Virus record (IMG/VR): IMGVR_UViG_3300042503_001430
Location: 1 to 64,000 of that record
From: a virus
Strand: one strand, 5' to 3'
DNA length: 64,000 bases
Position numbers and translations under genes: made by a program. This document shows, one piece after another, positions 29,076 through 38,130 of the stretch; the stretch's first letter is position 1; each line of letters begins with the position of its first letter. The notes beneath the pieces are model-generated. The model did not search any database, was not told where the DNA came from, and worked only from the letters and a program-made list of their open reading frames with translations.

Positions 29076-30059
29076 ATGAAGTCATTTGAGCAGTACATTT
29101 CAGAAGCTAATCCTGTCGTCGATCAAAAAGCACGATCATTAGCTGCACGTGTGTACAACAGAATGATTTCTCGTCTGAGAGAGTGTTTAGCTAAAGGTAC
29201 TATTGGCACATCGTTTGTTTTCTATACCGCAAACGACAATGTTGGGTTCAATCTTGGCAGACTATTGCGAGAGCCCGACTACTTCGATATTACAATTTGG
29301 TTTGGACCAATGACAAACAAGTTTGGTGGCTACTTCAGTCAGCGTGATGACATGGACATCATCCATTTAGCAAAGTTGTTTCCTACATCAGCCAAAAAGA
29401 TCAAACCAAATCAAGATATGAAGAACTGCGAGATTATTCTCGATGCTGTAGATAAACTACAGCATGATGTCAGAGATGTTTTTGTACATGAGTTCATTCA
29501 CCACCTTGATGATACAAGATACAAATCCAATTCGTATAGAGTTAAAGGTACTCTGGACCTCTCTGGTGGTACATACTACAATGAACCAAAAGAACTTAAC
29601 GCTCACACACAAGAGATGATTGCAAACATGGACTTGTGGTTCAAAGATTACTACGTCTCTACAGTCAATGCTCTCAAGAGTCGCATGGTTGTTGAGTTCA
29701 ATCAAGCGAAAGATGAAGAGGGGTATGAGAATGCTCTGTTTATTGCAGGTAAAATTGTTCGTCACTATGCGCTGATTGTTGAATACCTCGACGACACTCG
29801 AAAGGGTATGGAGTCAATCATCGAAAAAATTCCTGGCTCAAAGAGAGACTTCATGAAGCATTTGACGAGTGAGAATAGAAAGAAAGTGCTCGCTCGATTG
29901 TATCAGTACTACACAGAAACCCTCAATAAACGATTTAAGGTGCTCAAAGAATCGCTACTCTCGGTTGTGAAGAGACTCAACAACAAGAATGCAATAGCGT
30001 ACATTCAGAAAGAGGTTCCAGATACGTATAAATCTCTTGTGCAAATGGGGTTGAAATGA
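29076..30059 (+). CDS. Putative zincin metalloprotein with CTS-like N-terminus
   Basis: MKSFEQYISE; HEFIHHLD...YYN.P.E.NA. Confidence 0.55.
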   Translation: MKSFEQYISEANPVVDQKARSLAARVYNRMISRLRECLAKGTIGTSFVFYTANDNVGFNLGRLLREPDYFDITIWFGPMTNKFGGYFSQRDDMDIIHLAKLFPTSAKKIKPNQDMKNCEIILDAVDKLQHDVRDVFVHEFIHHLDDTRYKSNSYRVKGTLDLSGGTYYNEPKELNAHTQEMIANMDLWFKDYYVSTVNALKSRMVVEFNQAKDEEGYENALFIAGKIVRHYALIVEYLDDTRKGMESIIEKIPGSKRDFMKHLTSENRKKVLARLYQYYTETLNKRFKVLKESLLSVVKRLNNKNAIAYIQKEVPDTYKSLVQMGLK

Positions 30060-31069
30060 AAACGCTATCTGAAGTGGTGAAGAAAAAGAGTGCTGTGTTT
30101 GCGTTTGGTAGAATGAATCCACCAACATCTGGTCATGAGAAATTGATCAAGAAAGTTCTCGAAGTTGCAAAGAAGAATAATGCAACCCCGTTCATTTTCG
30201 TATCACACACACAAGACCCAAAAAAGAATCCACTCACCAGTAAGCAAAAGATTAAGTATCTGTCTTTGGGCATGCCTGATGTTGAGAAGTATCTTGTGTA
30301 TGACCCTTCGGTAAAAACGCCGTTTGATGCTCTTGGGTACATTCAGAACAAAGGGTTTACTGATGTGATACTTGTAGCTGGTTCTGATCGTGTCAAAGAG
30401 ATGAAAGATTCTCTAGCTAAGTACATAAACCACCCCGATCCAGAAAAACGATTTACGTTGAATTCTTTTGATGCTGTCAGTGCTGGTGACAGAGATCCAG
30501 ATGCAGATGGTGTTACTGGTATGAGCGCATCAAAAATGAGGGCCGCAGCAGCAAGTAACGATTTCAATCTTTTCAAGAGTGGCGTTCTTTCGCACCTGAG
30601 CGACAGGTTTGCGAAAGCTATGTTCAATGATCTTCGCACAGCCATGCAAATTCACGAGATGGTTGAAGAGGTGAAGACGCTGAAAAATACGTTGAACATT
30701 CCTAGACGTGAGATGCCACAAATCAAGCGAGACCACATTCCTGAGTTTATCAAAGATTTGAAGAAAAGAGGTATCGACATCAGCAACAGATCAATACCTG
30801 TTGACACACTCAAGCCAACACAGAATGAAGTGAACCTCGATAAAGTCAAAGAGAAGTATCAGAAGTTTGTCGATGGTAAAGAGCCAAAACCATTTATTGT
30901 GTCACATGATAATTACATACTAGATGGTCATCACCAACTGTTCGCACTCAAGACACTCGATGGTGATCGTAAGGTTCCATGTTACGTGGTTGGTATTAAG
31001 ATGAAAGACTTGTTGAAGATCGCACATAAGTTTCCTAAGACAACCTATAAAACAATACTCGATAAATAG
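30056..31069 (+). CDS. HIGH-family cytidylyltransferase-like domain fused to a ParB/Srx-like domain
   Basis: FGRMNPPT.GH, VAGSDR, SAG.RDPD, MSASKMR; then R..MPQI, LKPTQ, YILDGHH. Confidence 0.75.
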   Translation: MKTLSEVVKKKSAVFAFGRMNPPTSGHEKLIKKVLEVAKKNNATPFIFVSHTQDPKKNPLTSKQKIKYLSLGMPDVEKYLVYDPSVKTPFDALGYIQNKGFTDVILVAGSDRVKEMKDSLAKYINHPDPEKRFTLNSFDAVSAGDRDPDADGVTGMSASKMRAAAASNDFNLFKSGVLSHLSDRFAKAMFNDLRTAMQIHEMVEEVKTLKNTLNIPRREMPQIKRDHIPEFIKDLKKRGIDISNRSIPVDTLKPTQNEVNLDKVKEKYQKFVDGKEPKPFIVSHDNYILDGHHQLFALKTLDGDRKVPCYVVGIKMKDLLKIAHKFPKTTYKTILDK

Positions 31070-31073
31070 ACAT

Positions 31074-31415
31074 ATGAAGACGTTCAAGCACTACATCGCT
31101 GAAGCTGAGAAGAACAGCACTAAGCCAAAGACAAACACCGACAAAGCTCGTGAGCGACAGACACGAGAAAAAGATGAGTTGAAGGTGCGCCAAAATCGTG
31201 AGATGGAAAAAGCACGTGAGCAAGACTTTCGACAAAAAGAAGCTGAGAAGCGTCAAAAAGAACTTCAAAAGAGAGCAGAGCAAAATGCTAAGAAACAAGA
31301 GTCTACTGACCCTTCGGTAGAAGTTGAATCTGAAGTGGATTTTGTTCCTGAGTATCTTGAAGATGGCACATTGGTCTTGGTGAAGAGCTATAAATCCTCA
31401 ACGCCAGGTCAATAA
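31074..31415 (+). CDS. Putative internal head protein
   Basis: MKTFKHYIAE; charged coiled coil; C-terminal E.GT..L...Y...TPGQ; late promoter at 31061. Confidence 0.55.
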   Translation: MKTFKHYIAEAEKNSTKPKTNTDKARERQTREKDELKVRQNREMEKAREQDFRQKEAEKRQKELQKRAEQNAKKQESTDPSVEVESEVDFVPEYLEDGTLVLVKSYKSSTPGQ

Positions 31416-31419
31416 TAAA

Positions 31420-31449
31420 TTGACAACATATATGAAATTGATGTAAAAT
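31420..31449 (+). promoter_or_regulatory. Sigma70-type promoter
   Basis: TTGACA-18 nt-TAAAAT with an extended TG. Confidence 0.6.
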
Positions 31450-31474
31450 TGTTTTATTTTTGTGGAGTATCACT

Positions 31475-31777
31475 ATGACAACCTCAGACCAAACAACTCA
31501 AGCTACCGAGACCGCAGAGACAACCGAGACGACAGAAACAACTCCTGAAGTTGCGGTATCTTCTCCAACTCTGACAGCAGAACAAGAGATCAATGCTCTT
31601 CGAGCTGCACACCAGTTCTTTTCAAATTTTGATCGAGTTCCTGGATTTGCTGCTAACCAGTGGTCGCAAGCTCTCGACACTATCGCAGTGGTAGCAAACT
31701 CTCTCATCAACAAGACCAACGGCAAGACACCAGACACGACCGACACTAATGCTGCCGACGAGACGGTGACACAATAA
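31475..31777 (+). CDS. Hypothetical protein, Thr/Glu-rich N-terminus
   Basis: GGAG SD; (T/A)ET repeats. Confidence 0.55.
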   Translation: MTTSDQTTQATETAETTETTETTPEVAVSSPTLTAEQEINALRAAHQFFSNFDRVPGFAANQWSQALDTIAVVANSLINKTNGKTPDTTDTNAADETVTQ

Positions 31778-31799
31778 CTTATGCTAAATACATGCTTGT

Positions 31800-31985
31800 A
31801 TGCCATTTTACGAGTATTCGTGTAAAAATTGTGGAATCATTGAGGTTCGTCAGAGCATTTCTGACGAACCATTAAAGAAGTGTCCAACCTGCAAAGATAA
31901 GGTTGAGCGTCTTATATCTGTTACTGGTCAGCCACAATTCAAAGGAAAAGGCTTTTACCAAACAGACTATAAGAAGGCTAAGTAA
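31800..31985 (+). CDS. FmdB-family zinc ribbon protein
   Basis: MP.YEY.C..CG ... CP.C ... FKG.GFY.TDY. Confidence 0.85.
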   Translation: MPFYEYSCKNCGIIEVRQSISDEPLKKCPTCKDKVERLISVTGQPQFKGKGFYQTDYKKAK

Positions 31986-32854
31986 TGTGCGTTGTTGCTT
32001 GCAAGTATATTGAGAACATCGGATGGGTGCTTGCAAAGAACCGAGACCGCAACTATAAGCCTATCGTTCGCATACGCAAATCATTTCGAGAAAATACCGA
32101 ACGTCTCTATATCTGGGATGAAAAAACCAAGTACACAGAAGGTGTTAATGAATTTGGTGTGGGTATCATCAGCGCAAGCGTTACGGTGAAAGAAGATGAA
32201 GCTGAGGGTGAAAAAGCTTCTAAGAAGACGCCAGATCTTAACAGAAAACCAAGAACTTTCTACTCTCCAGATGGACTTCGCATTCGCACAGCACTCTTCG
32301 AGAAAACTGCTGTTGATGCTGCTCGTGTTCTAATCGAACTCGAAATACCAGGTAACACGATTGTTGCAGACAAAGAGCGATGTTTTCTCATCGAGGGCGG
32401 TTTCATTCGAGAGAATGAGTATGTCTACAAGGTTGTGGAAGTACCAAAAGAGAAGATTGCAGTCAGAACGAATCATGGAATCTTTCTCACCTGGACTGGG
32501 TACAGTCGTGAGGTTCCAGATCAAGTAGAGAAGCGAGAGTCATCTGAGGTTCGATATAAGAAAGCTGTAGCTGGTCTGAAGAAAGCTAAGACCTTCGAAG
32601 AGGTTTTGGAAGCGATGTCACTCGTCGATGATGAGAATCCACAAATGAATCCACTTCGACTTGATGATACTCGAAATTCAATGAGAACAACGGGTCAGAT
32701 CGTCATAGTTCCAAACGAGCACACTCTTCACTATCGAGCCATATGGTGTGAGACCATATTCGATTTGGATAAACTAAATACAGAGAATGAAAAGACGTTC
32801 TTTGAGATTGTTTCCACAAGAAAACTGATTAGCTTTAAGAACTTTGTAAAATAG
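31985..32854 (+). CDS. Ntn-hydrolase-like protein (NRDE/C45-like)
   Basis: N-terminal nucleophile MC, KNRDR, EGVNE.G, RTNHG, S..R. Confidence 0.6.
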   Translation: MCVVACKYIENIGWVLAKNRDRNYKPIVRIRKSFRENTERLYIWDEKTKYTEGVNEFGVGIISASVTVKEDEAEGEKASKKTPDLNRKPRTFYSPDGLRIRTALFEKTAVDAARVLIELEIPGNTIVADKERCFLIEGGFIRENEYVYKVVEVPKEKIAVRTNHGIFLTWTGYSREVPDQVEKRESSEVRYKKAVAGLKKAKTFEEVLEAMSLVDDENPQMNPLRLDDTRNSMRTTGQIVIVPNEHTLHYRAIWCETIFDLDKLNTENEKTFFEIVSTRKLISFKNFVK

Positions 32855-32863
32855 GAACCCGTT

Positions 32864-33931
32864 ATGTCACTACGAGATTTGCCTAAGTCATTAATTGATG
32901 CCGTCACTGAGGTGGTTTCTGATAGCGCACAGAAGCGTACTAAGCTTGCTAGTGATTTGCTTGCAGAAGGTCTTCGCAAATTTGGTGTGAAGCGTGAAGC
33001 TCAACTTAATGAAGCAGATCGAAAAGCTCTTCATGCGTGGGTTCAAATTAAGCTTGAAGAAGCTTCGTGCGGTTGTGGCGATGATGTTGCTCAAGAAGAC
33101 CATATGCCTGGTGATGAAGTTCTCTACAACAAAGATGGCAAAATCAAAAAGCAAATGGACGAAGACGAGCTTGCAGACAAAGATCACGATGGTGACGGTG
33201 AGATCGAGTCTGGTACCGATGAGTATCTTGGTTCACGAGACAAAGCAATCAAAGCTGCCAAAAAAATTGTAACTGAAGCAAAAATACATTCCAAATCTGA
33301 TGTAAAAAAGTTGCTCAATACGCATTTTGGTAGCAAAGTGAAAATTACTGATTATGGACTTGGTTATGACGGTGAAGTATACTTTTCTTTTGAAGCTGAG
33401 AAAATCAACGGCTATGTGAGCGAAACTTTTTTGGGTAAAGACAAATGGGAAGCCGAGGTATCAAAAAACAAAACTCCTAATAAGGAAGTTAATGTGAGTG
33501 CTAAAACTCTTGATGAACTTCTCAAGAAACTGAAAACACACAAACTTAATGAAAATGTTAAGATTGGCGAAGAGTCTGATGAAGTTTCAGAAGAAGATGA
33601 AGTAGATTTGAACGAAAACTTAGCTATCGACGTTGAAGACTTGTCAACAAACGGTGCAGTAGCAGTTGGTGATGCTTCGATTGCAACACCAAAACATGCT
33701 GACGTTATTCGAGACACCGACCCATACACAAACACAACGCAGTATCGCATGTTGCTTCAGTTTGCAACAAATGAAGGTACTCGCATTTACCCACCAGTGA
33801 GCTTACCTGGTGCTCGCAGTGTTGCTGATTTGAGAACTCTTGTTGAGGGGTTGCCTGAGTTTAACGAAGCGGTTGATGCTGCTCTTGTTCATGCTTCTAT
33901 GACAGCAGCAAATCAAGTTGATGATGCTTAA
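32864..33931 (+). CDS. Acidic modular protein, probable prohead core/internal protein
   Basis: Many (L/I/V)xE sites; DKDHDGDGEIESG.DEY.GSRDKAIK EF-hand-like motif. Confidence 0.5.
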   Translation: MSLRDLPKSLIDAVTEVVSDSAQKRTKLASDLLAEGLRKFGVKREAQLNEADRKALHAWVQIKLEEASCGCGDDVAQEDHMPGDEVLYNKDGKIKKQMDEDELADKDHDGDGEIESGTDEYLGSRDKAIKAAKKIVTEAKIHSKSDVKKLLNTHFGSKVKITDYGLGYDGEVYFSFEAEKINGYVSETFLGKDKWEAEVSKNKTPNKEVNVSAKTLDELLKKLKTHKLNENVKIGEESDEVSEEDEVDLNENLAIDVEDLSTNGAVAVGDASIATPKHADVIRDTDPYTNTTQYRMLLQFATNEGTRIYPPVSLPGARSVADLRTLVEGLPEFNEAVDAALVHASMTAANQVDDA

Positions 33932-33936
33932 TTCTG

Positions 33937-34515
33937 ATGAAGACGTTTTTAGAATTTATCACTGAAGCTCCAGTTGCAGCACCAACACAAACTGCTCTTC
34001 CTGAGATTTACCTCGACATGGACGAAACCATCGTCGATTGGATGAAAGGTGCTAACAAAGCTCTTGTCGCTGCTGGCTACCCAGAGTGGAACAACTCGTT
34101 CTGGAATAAGTACAGCGAAGAAGAAGCTGATGTGATTCGTTGGGGTGTGCTAAATGACACCCCAAATTTTTGGGAAAACCTGGACTTCATGCCAGATGGT
34201 AAAGCAATCTGGAACTTCGTGAAGAAGTACAAACCAAAGATTCTTAGTGCGTGTGGTAGCAAAGCTGGTAGCATTTGTCGTGAAGGTAAAATGCGCTGGT
34301 TGACTAAACATCTCGGCATGAACAACCTCAGTGGGGTTCATCTCGTGACACGCTCTGAAAAGAAGAAGTATGCGGTTGTAAATGGTAGACCAACCATTTT
34401 GATTGATGACTACGACAAGAACTGTGTTGAGTACAAAGCTGCTGGTGGTATACCAGTCAAAGCTACAACTGGTTCTGAAGTCATCTCAAAGCTGAAAAAG
34501 ATTGGATTTAGATAA
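33937..34515 (+). CDS. HAD-family 5'(3')-nucleotidase/phosphatase with CTS-like N-terminus
   Basis: IYLDMDET, FW..L..M, ILS, K..W, ILIDD...N...Y...GG; MKTFLEFITE. Confidence 0.8.
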   Translation: MKTFLEFITEAPVAAPTQTALPEIYLDMDETIVDWMKGANKALVAAGYPEWNNSFWNKYSEEEADVIRWGVLNDTPNFWENLDFMPDGKAIWNFVKKYKPKILSACGSKAGSICREGKMRWLTKHLGMNNLSGVHLVTRSEKKKYAVVNGRPTILIDDYDKNCVEYKAAGGIPVKATTGSEVISKLKKIGFR

Positions 34516-34546
34516 ATAATCTCAGGTAACTAACACGGAGTCTCAC

Positions 34547-35440
34547 ATGCCACTTTGGGGTAAGAAAGATAAAACAGCAGATCGTCCAAAATTTGTACAC
34601 GTAAATGCAGACGGCAGCATCAGGCAAGATGCTTCTGGTCGTAAGCTTGTGTTCTTAGATACTGCTGAATCTGCCGCAAATGCAGACAAAGGTGCTCAGG
34701 GTGCTGGTTGGTATCTTGTTCTCAAGACAGGCTCAGGCGAATCACAAAGAATTAGAATGGAGAAGATCGTGTCTATCTCAACCACAAATGAGATTGGCAT
34801 AAACACAGACGATCTTGCGATAGACTCTGTTCCTGTAGTTCAGAACTTTGTGTATCCTTCGAATGCTTCTGTATACACTGATGGTGCAGCAGGTGTTCCT
34901 GATCCTAACAATAGAGATGGCTGGTACTTCATTAATAATACCGCAGGTAAAAAGATCAACTGGTATTTCTTTGATGGTGCAGCTAATGATGTCAAGCTTG
35001 CAGACTTCTCTGCATATGCGGTTGTGACCATAGACTCAACATCGAATGACAATGCTCCATTCTTTGGGTTGTACACAACTCGACAGAATGATGGTCAAGA
35101 TGCTGCTGCGTGGTATCGTTCACGAATAGTTTACACAATACCTGGCAGTTTCACACCAGGCACAAAGTATTTGATTCATTTTGGTGCTGATCCTGAAGTT
35201 TATCCAGACTTGCCTAGACTTGTTCTCACGCCAGTTACGACCGCAGGTATAAATCGTGGTCCACGAGCTGGTACCGAGCGTGTGCTTACAGTAGCACTCA
35301 ACACAAACTCATCATCTGCGGTAAATTCAGTCAAGCTTGTTGCTGAAGCTGTTGGTGTTTCGTCTAGTACATACAACGTAAACACCGAGCTTACTAACGA
35401 TGATAGTCAAAGTATCGAAACTGATTCTGGACTTGAATAA
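34547..35440 (+). CDS. Putative virion structural protein (MPLWG family) with a beta-rich extension
   Basis: MPLWGK, DASGRKLVF.D..E, GWYLV.KT; late promoter at 34511 and GGAG SD. Confidence 0.55.
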   Translation: MPLWGKKDKTADRPKFVHVNADGSIRQDASGRKLVFLDTAESAANADKGAQGAGWYLVLKTGSGESQRIRMEKIVSISTTNEIGINTDDLAIDSVPVVQNFVYPSNASVYTDGAAGVPDPNNRDGWYFINNTAGKKINWYFFDGAANDVKLADFSAYAVVTIDSTSNDNAPFFGLYTTRQNDGQDAAAWYRSRIVYTIPGSFTPGTKYLIHFGADPEVYPDLPRLVLTPVTTAGINRGPRAGTERVLTVALNTNSSSAVNSVKLVAEAVGVSSSTYNVNTELTNDDSQSIETDSGLE

Positions 35441-35457
35441 TTAATAGAGGTAGTACT

Positions 35458-35763
35458 ATGTCACTTTGGGGTAAAACATACGATAAGAAGCCAAAACACC
35501 TTACTCTAGCTGAAGATGGTGTTACAGTAGCTCATGATGCTTCTGGTAAGAAGCTCGTGTTGATTGATAGCGAAGAAGCTCTTGCAGCAGCAAACAAAGA
35601 GTTGGGCATCACATCACCAGGTTGGTATCTTGTTCAAAAGACGAATACTCGAACCAAGGTTGAGCTTTTGATTGCACTCGCAAGTGTTGATCGTCAAGAA
35701 GAAACTGAAGAAGAGATAGAGACCGAAACTGATTTGGGTATCACAGACCCAGACTCAGAATAA
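35458..35763 (+). CDS. Paralog of the upstream MPLWG-family protein
   Basis: MSLWGK, DASGKKLVL.D.EE, GWYLV.KT; GAGG SD. Confidence 0.55.
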   Translation: MSLWGKTYDKKPKHLTLAEDGVTVAHDASGKKLVLIDSEEALAAANKELGITSPGWYLVQKTNTRTKVELLIALASVDRQEETEEEIETETDLGITDPDSE

Positions 35764-35777
35764 TCTGAGTTTTTATT

Positions 35778-36188
35778 ATGCTTTCATCGCATCATGATAC
35801 TATGAATCAGCGATTGACTGAACAGAATTACATCATGTTTGCGATGAAGCACTATCAGAACCCCCAGTGTCTCAACATCGATGAATTTCACAACGACCTC
35901 AAGAGAATCAAATACATCAAGCGTCTGTTGAGTCGATATGTGGCTTCTGGCGAGTTAAAAGAACGTCTCATACTCAATCACCTCATCATTCTCTACAACT
36001 CATTTGGTGCTGAAGCAACCAAGCTCTTGTTCTTCAAGATAGACAAACAGTACTGGTCACAGCTCAAAACATTCTTGGTGTTTCTTCATTACATGCCAGA
36101 AGTTCTGCACCTTGTTGCAGACAAGCCGGTTCGTAGTACTGACATAGCTCTCGATCTATCAATCGTCGAAGTGTTGAGGAAGATATGA
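35778..36188 (+). CDS. Conserved T4-like hypothetical protein
   Basis: FAMKHY.NPQC....EF..DLKR.KYIKRL..RY...GELKERLILNH.I.LYN.FG. Confidence 0.75.
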   Translation: MLSSHHDTMNQRLTEQNYIMFAMKHYQNPQCLNIDEFHNDLKRIKYIKRLLSRYVASGELKERLILNHLIILYNSFGAEATKLLFFKIDKQYWSQLKTFLVFLHYMPEVLHLVADKPVRSTDIALDLSIVEVLRKI

Positions 36189-36541
36189 AGTCATTTCGAA
36201 CATTCTTATCTGAAGAGAAGCGCACGTTCAGTAAAGACCAAGCAAAACACATTGGCGATAAGCTCTCGGTTGACTGGTCAAAAGTTGACATAAACCAGTT
36301 CATTCTTGGATTGTCTGTCGAGTCTGAGCATGACGATGGTGGAAAACTTGATGTTGTGGATTCTGATGCTGACTTAGCCAAAATTGTGTTAGCACATTTA
36401 AGAGAACTTCCAGATTATTATTCCAAGCTCAAAAAGGTGGAAGAAGAAGTTCCAGCAAATTCTATTTCGGGGAATGGAATTGCCGGTTTGAAAGAACCTA
36501 TCGTTTTCCGAAAAAAGCGTTCCACTATTTCCAGACGTTAA
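36185..36541 (+). CDS. Hypothetical protein with CTS-like N-terminus (DUF5661-like)
   Basis: MKSFRTFLSE; G..VE.EH...KI.LAHL.E.PDYY..L; EEVPAN tail. Confidence 0.6.
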   Translation: MKSFRTFLSEEKRTFSKDQAKHIGDKLSVDWSKVDINQFILGLSVESEHDDGGKLDVVDSDADLAKIVLAHLRELPDYYSKLKKVEEEVPANSISGNGIAGLKEPIVFRKKRSTISRR

Positions 36542-36604
36542 AATTGTTGTTCTACGTTCATGTGTGTGCTACACTGTAATAACAGTGGGGAAATAAATAC
36601 TGCT

Positions 36605-36964
36605 ATGAGTGACGACGACAATAAAAATCCAGAAAACGAAATCAATGAGCTGACAGAAGACAAAAACCTTTTCGATGACTTGGGGCTTTCAGTACAACTC
36701 GGTGAAGTTGAGGTTGGTCAAATATACCCAATCTATGGACTGATTACTGAGTTTGTCAGTGAAGCGCCTGGAAATGTTGTCGTTAAGGTGAACGAAAACA
36801 TTCAAGTGACAATGAACATAGAAGACCAAGACAAGATTGATGTTCTCAAGAACAGAAGCTTCGACCCTGGCATTTTCGTATGTACGATCACTGAAGTTGA
36901 TACGATCATCAAAGCTGAGTGCTCTACAGTAATTTTTGGCAAGAACAATAACACAATACAATAA
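36605..36964 (+). CDS. Hypothetical acidic protein
   Basis: ORF downstream of AATAAATA. Confidence 0.5.
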   Translation: MSDDDNKNPENEINELTEDKNLFDDLGLSVQLGEVEVGQIYPIYGLITEFVSEAPGNVVVKVNENIQVTMNIEDQDKIDVLKNRSFDPGIFVCTITEVDTIIKAECSTVIFGKNNNTIQ

Positions 36965-36965
36965 C

Positions 36966-37307
36966 ATGGACATACAAGCAACACGACTGGTAATAGATAC
37001 ACTTTCAACTACCGTAAACGAACTTGAGCTTTCGGTGATGCACGCCTATGAACAATTCGTTTCAAAATATGGTGTGGGTCACGAGCATGTGACACGTCTT
37101 GAGTCGTATTTTCCTGCTATTGATAAGCAGCGTGAGTACATCACTGAATTGGGTGTATGTATCGACACGAAAGACTTTGAGCGTTTTCATGACGTAGCTA
37201 CTAAGGTGCGAGCTTTGTCTGAGCTTATCAAGAACGATGCGAAATCTCTGTTGTCGTATATGAGCACAGGTCAGCACGTCGAGTTTCAAGAAGAGCAGGT
37301 CCATTAA
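36966..37307 (+). CDS. Hypothetical helical protein
   Basis: Packed directly after the previous stop. Confidence 0.5.
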   Translation: MDIQATRLVIDTLSTTVNELELSVMHAYEQFVSKYGVGHEHVTRLESYFPAIDKQREYITELGVCIDTKDFERFHDVATKVRALSELIKNDAKSLLSYMSTGQHVEFQEEQVH

Positions 37308-37312
37308 AATTC

Positions 37313-37702
37313 ATGAGAGCGTTTTTTATTTTTAACAACCTAAAAGTAAATACGTTCACTCTTCAAGATGAGCCTTTTCCTGGTTTTGAACTGCTCACCT
37401 GGGAGCACGAGAGCTATGCTCACGGCACTTTGTGGGATATTGGATTTGATGCTGGCTATACACCAATAGGTATTACCAAAGTACACGGTCAACTTTGGTT
37501 AGCTAATGATGTGCAACAAATATCAGAGCTTGAGTATTTCTTGGGTGTGCAATCTGGACTTACAGAACCCATGAATACGAAAATATGTGTTCAAGACGAT
37601 TTAGGAGTCGAACAGGTCACTGCAACGGTGTATAAATTACGTGAGATCAAAAGTGCGTATGACATCGTTTATGATGGAAAGTGGCTCATTAAGAGGTATT
37701 GA
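37313..37702 (+). CDS. Degenerate gamma-glutamylcyclotransferase (AIG2)-like protein
   Basis: F....LK, G.L.D.G...GY, V.G.L, LE, A.VY, I..GKW pattern; the catalytic YG motif is not conserved. Confidence 0.45.
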   Translation: MRAFFIFNNLKVNTFTLQDEPFPGFELLTWEHESYAHGTLWDIGFDAGYTPIGITKVHGQLWLANDVQQISELEYFLGVQSGLTEPMNTKICVQDDLGVEQVTATVYKLREIKSAYDIVYDGKWLIKRY

Positions 37703-37704
37703 TT

Positions 37705-38130
37705 ATGGACATTATGGCTTTTTTGACTGTTCTCTACAAGAACAGAATTGTCATAGGTATTGTTTCACTAGCGTTTGTGCTTCTCTCGTGCTTTGCATAC
37801 TACAAGTACACCGTGGTTAAGATTGAGCTTCTTGAGCAAGAGAACGCACGACTTGTCGAAGAAGTTGAAGAGCAGAAGCGAGCGATTCAAACCCTCAAAC
37901 AGAACTATGAAAACCTCGTCAAGACGAAAGATGATCTCTCTCGTGAGATCGAAGACATTCGAAGAGCAGAACAAGAAGAGATTGATCGAATAGCTCGTGA
38001 GCAACATAACAAGAAGTCTCTCGAAGAGCTTGCTCTCAAGAAGTCAAAGCTTGTAGAAAACGCTGTCAATCGTGCCACACAGAATGTGTTTCGGTGCTTT
38101 GAGATTATTTCCCTTGGGGGTGACTGCTAA
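37705..38130 (+). CDS. Putative i-spanin (Rz-like)
   Basis: N-terminal TM helix, long coiled coil, C-terminal Cys; adjacent to a lipoprotein gene. Confidence 0.65.
   Translation: MDIMAFLTVLYKNRIVIGIVSLAFVLLSCFAYYKYTVVKIELLEQENARLVEEVEEQKRAIQTLKQNYENLVKTKDDLSREIEDIRRAEQEEIDRIAREQHNKKSLEELALKKSKLVENAVNRATQNVFRCFEIISLGGDC

Noticed and set aside
31490-31545. 9-bp GAGAC-containing tandem repeats as a CRISPR-like or regulatory array
   Set aside because: They are imperfect codon-level repeats encoding (T/A)ET in a low-complexity N-terminus, with no spacers. No CRISPR array was seen anywhere in the window.
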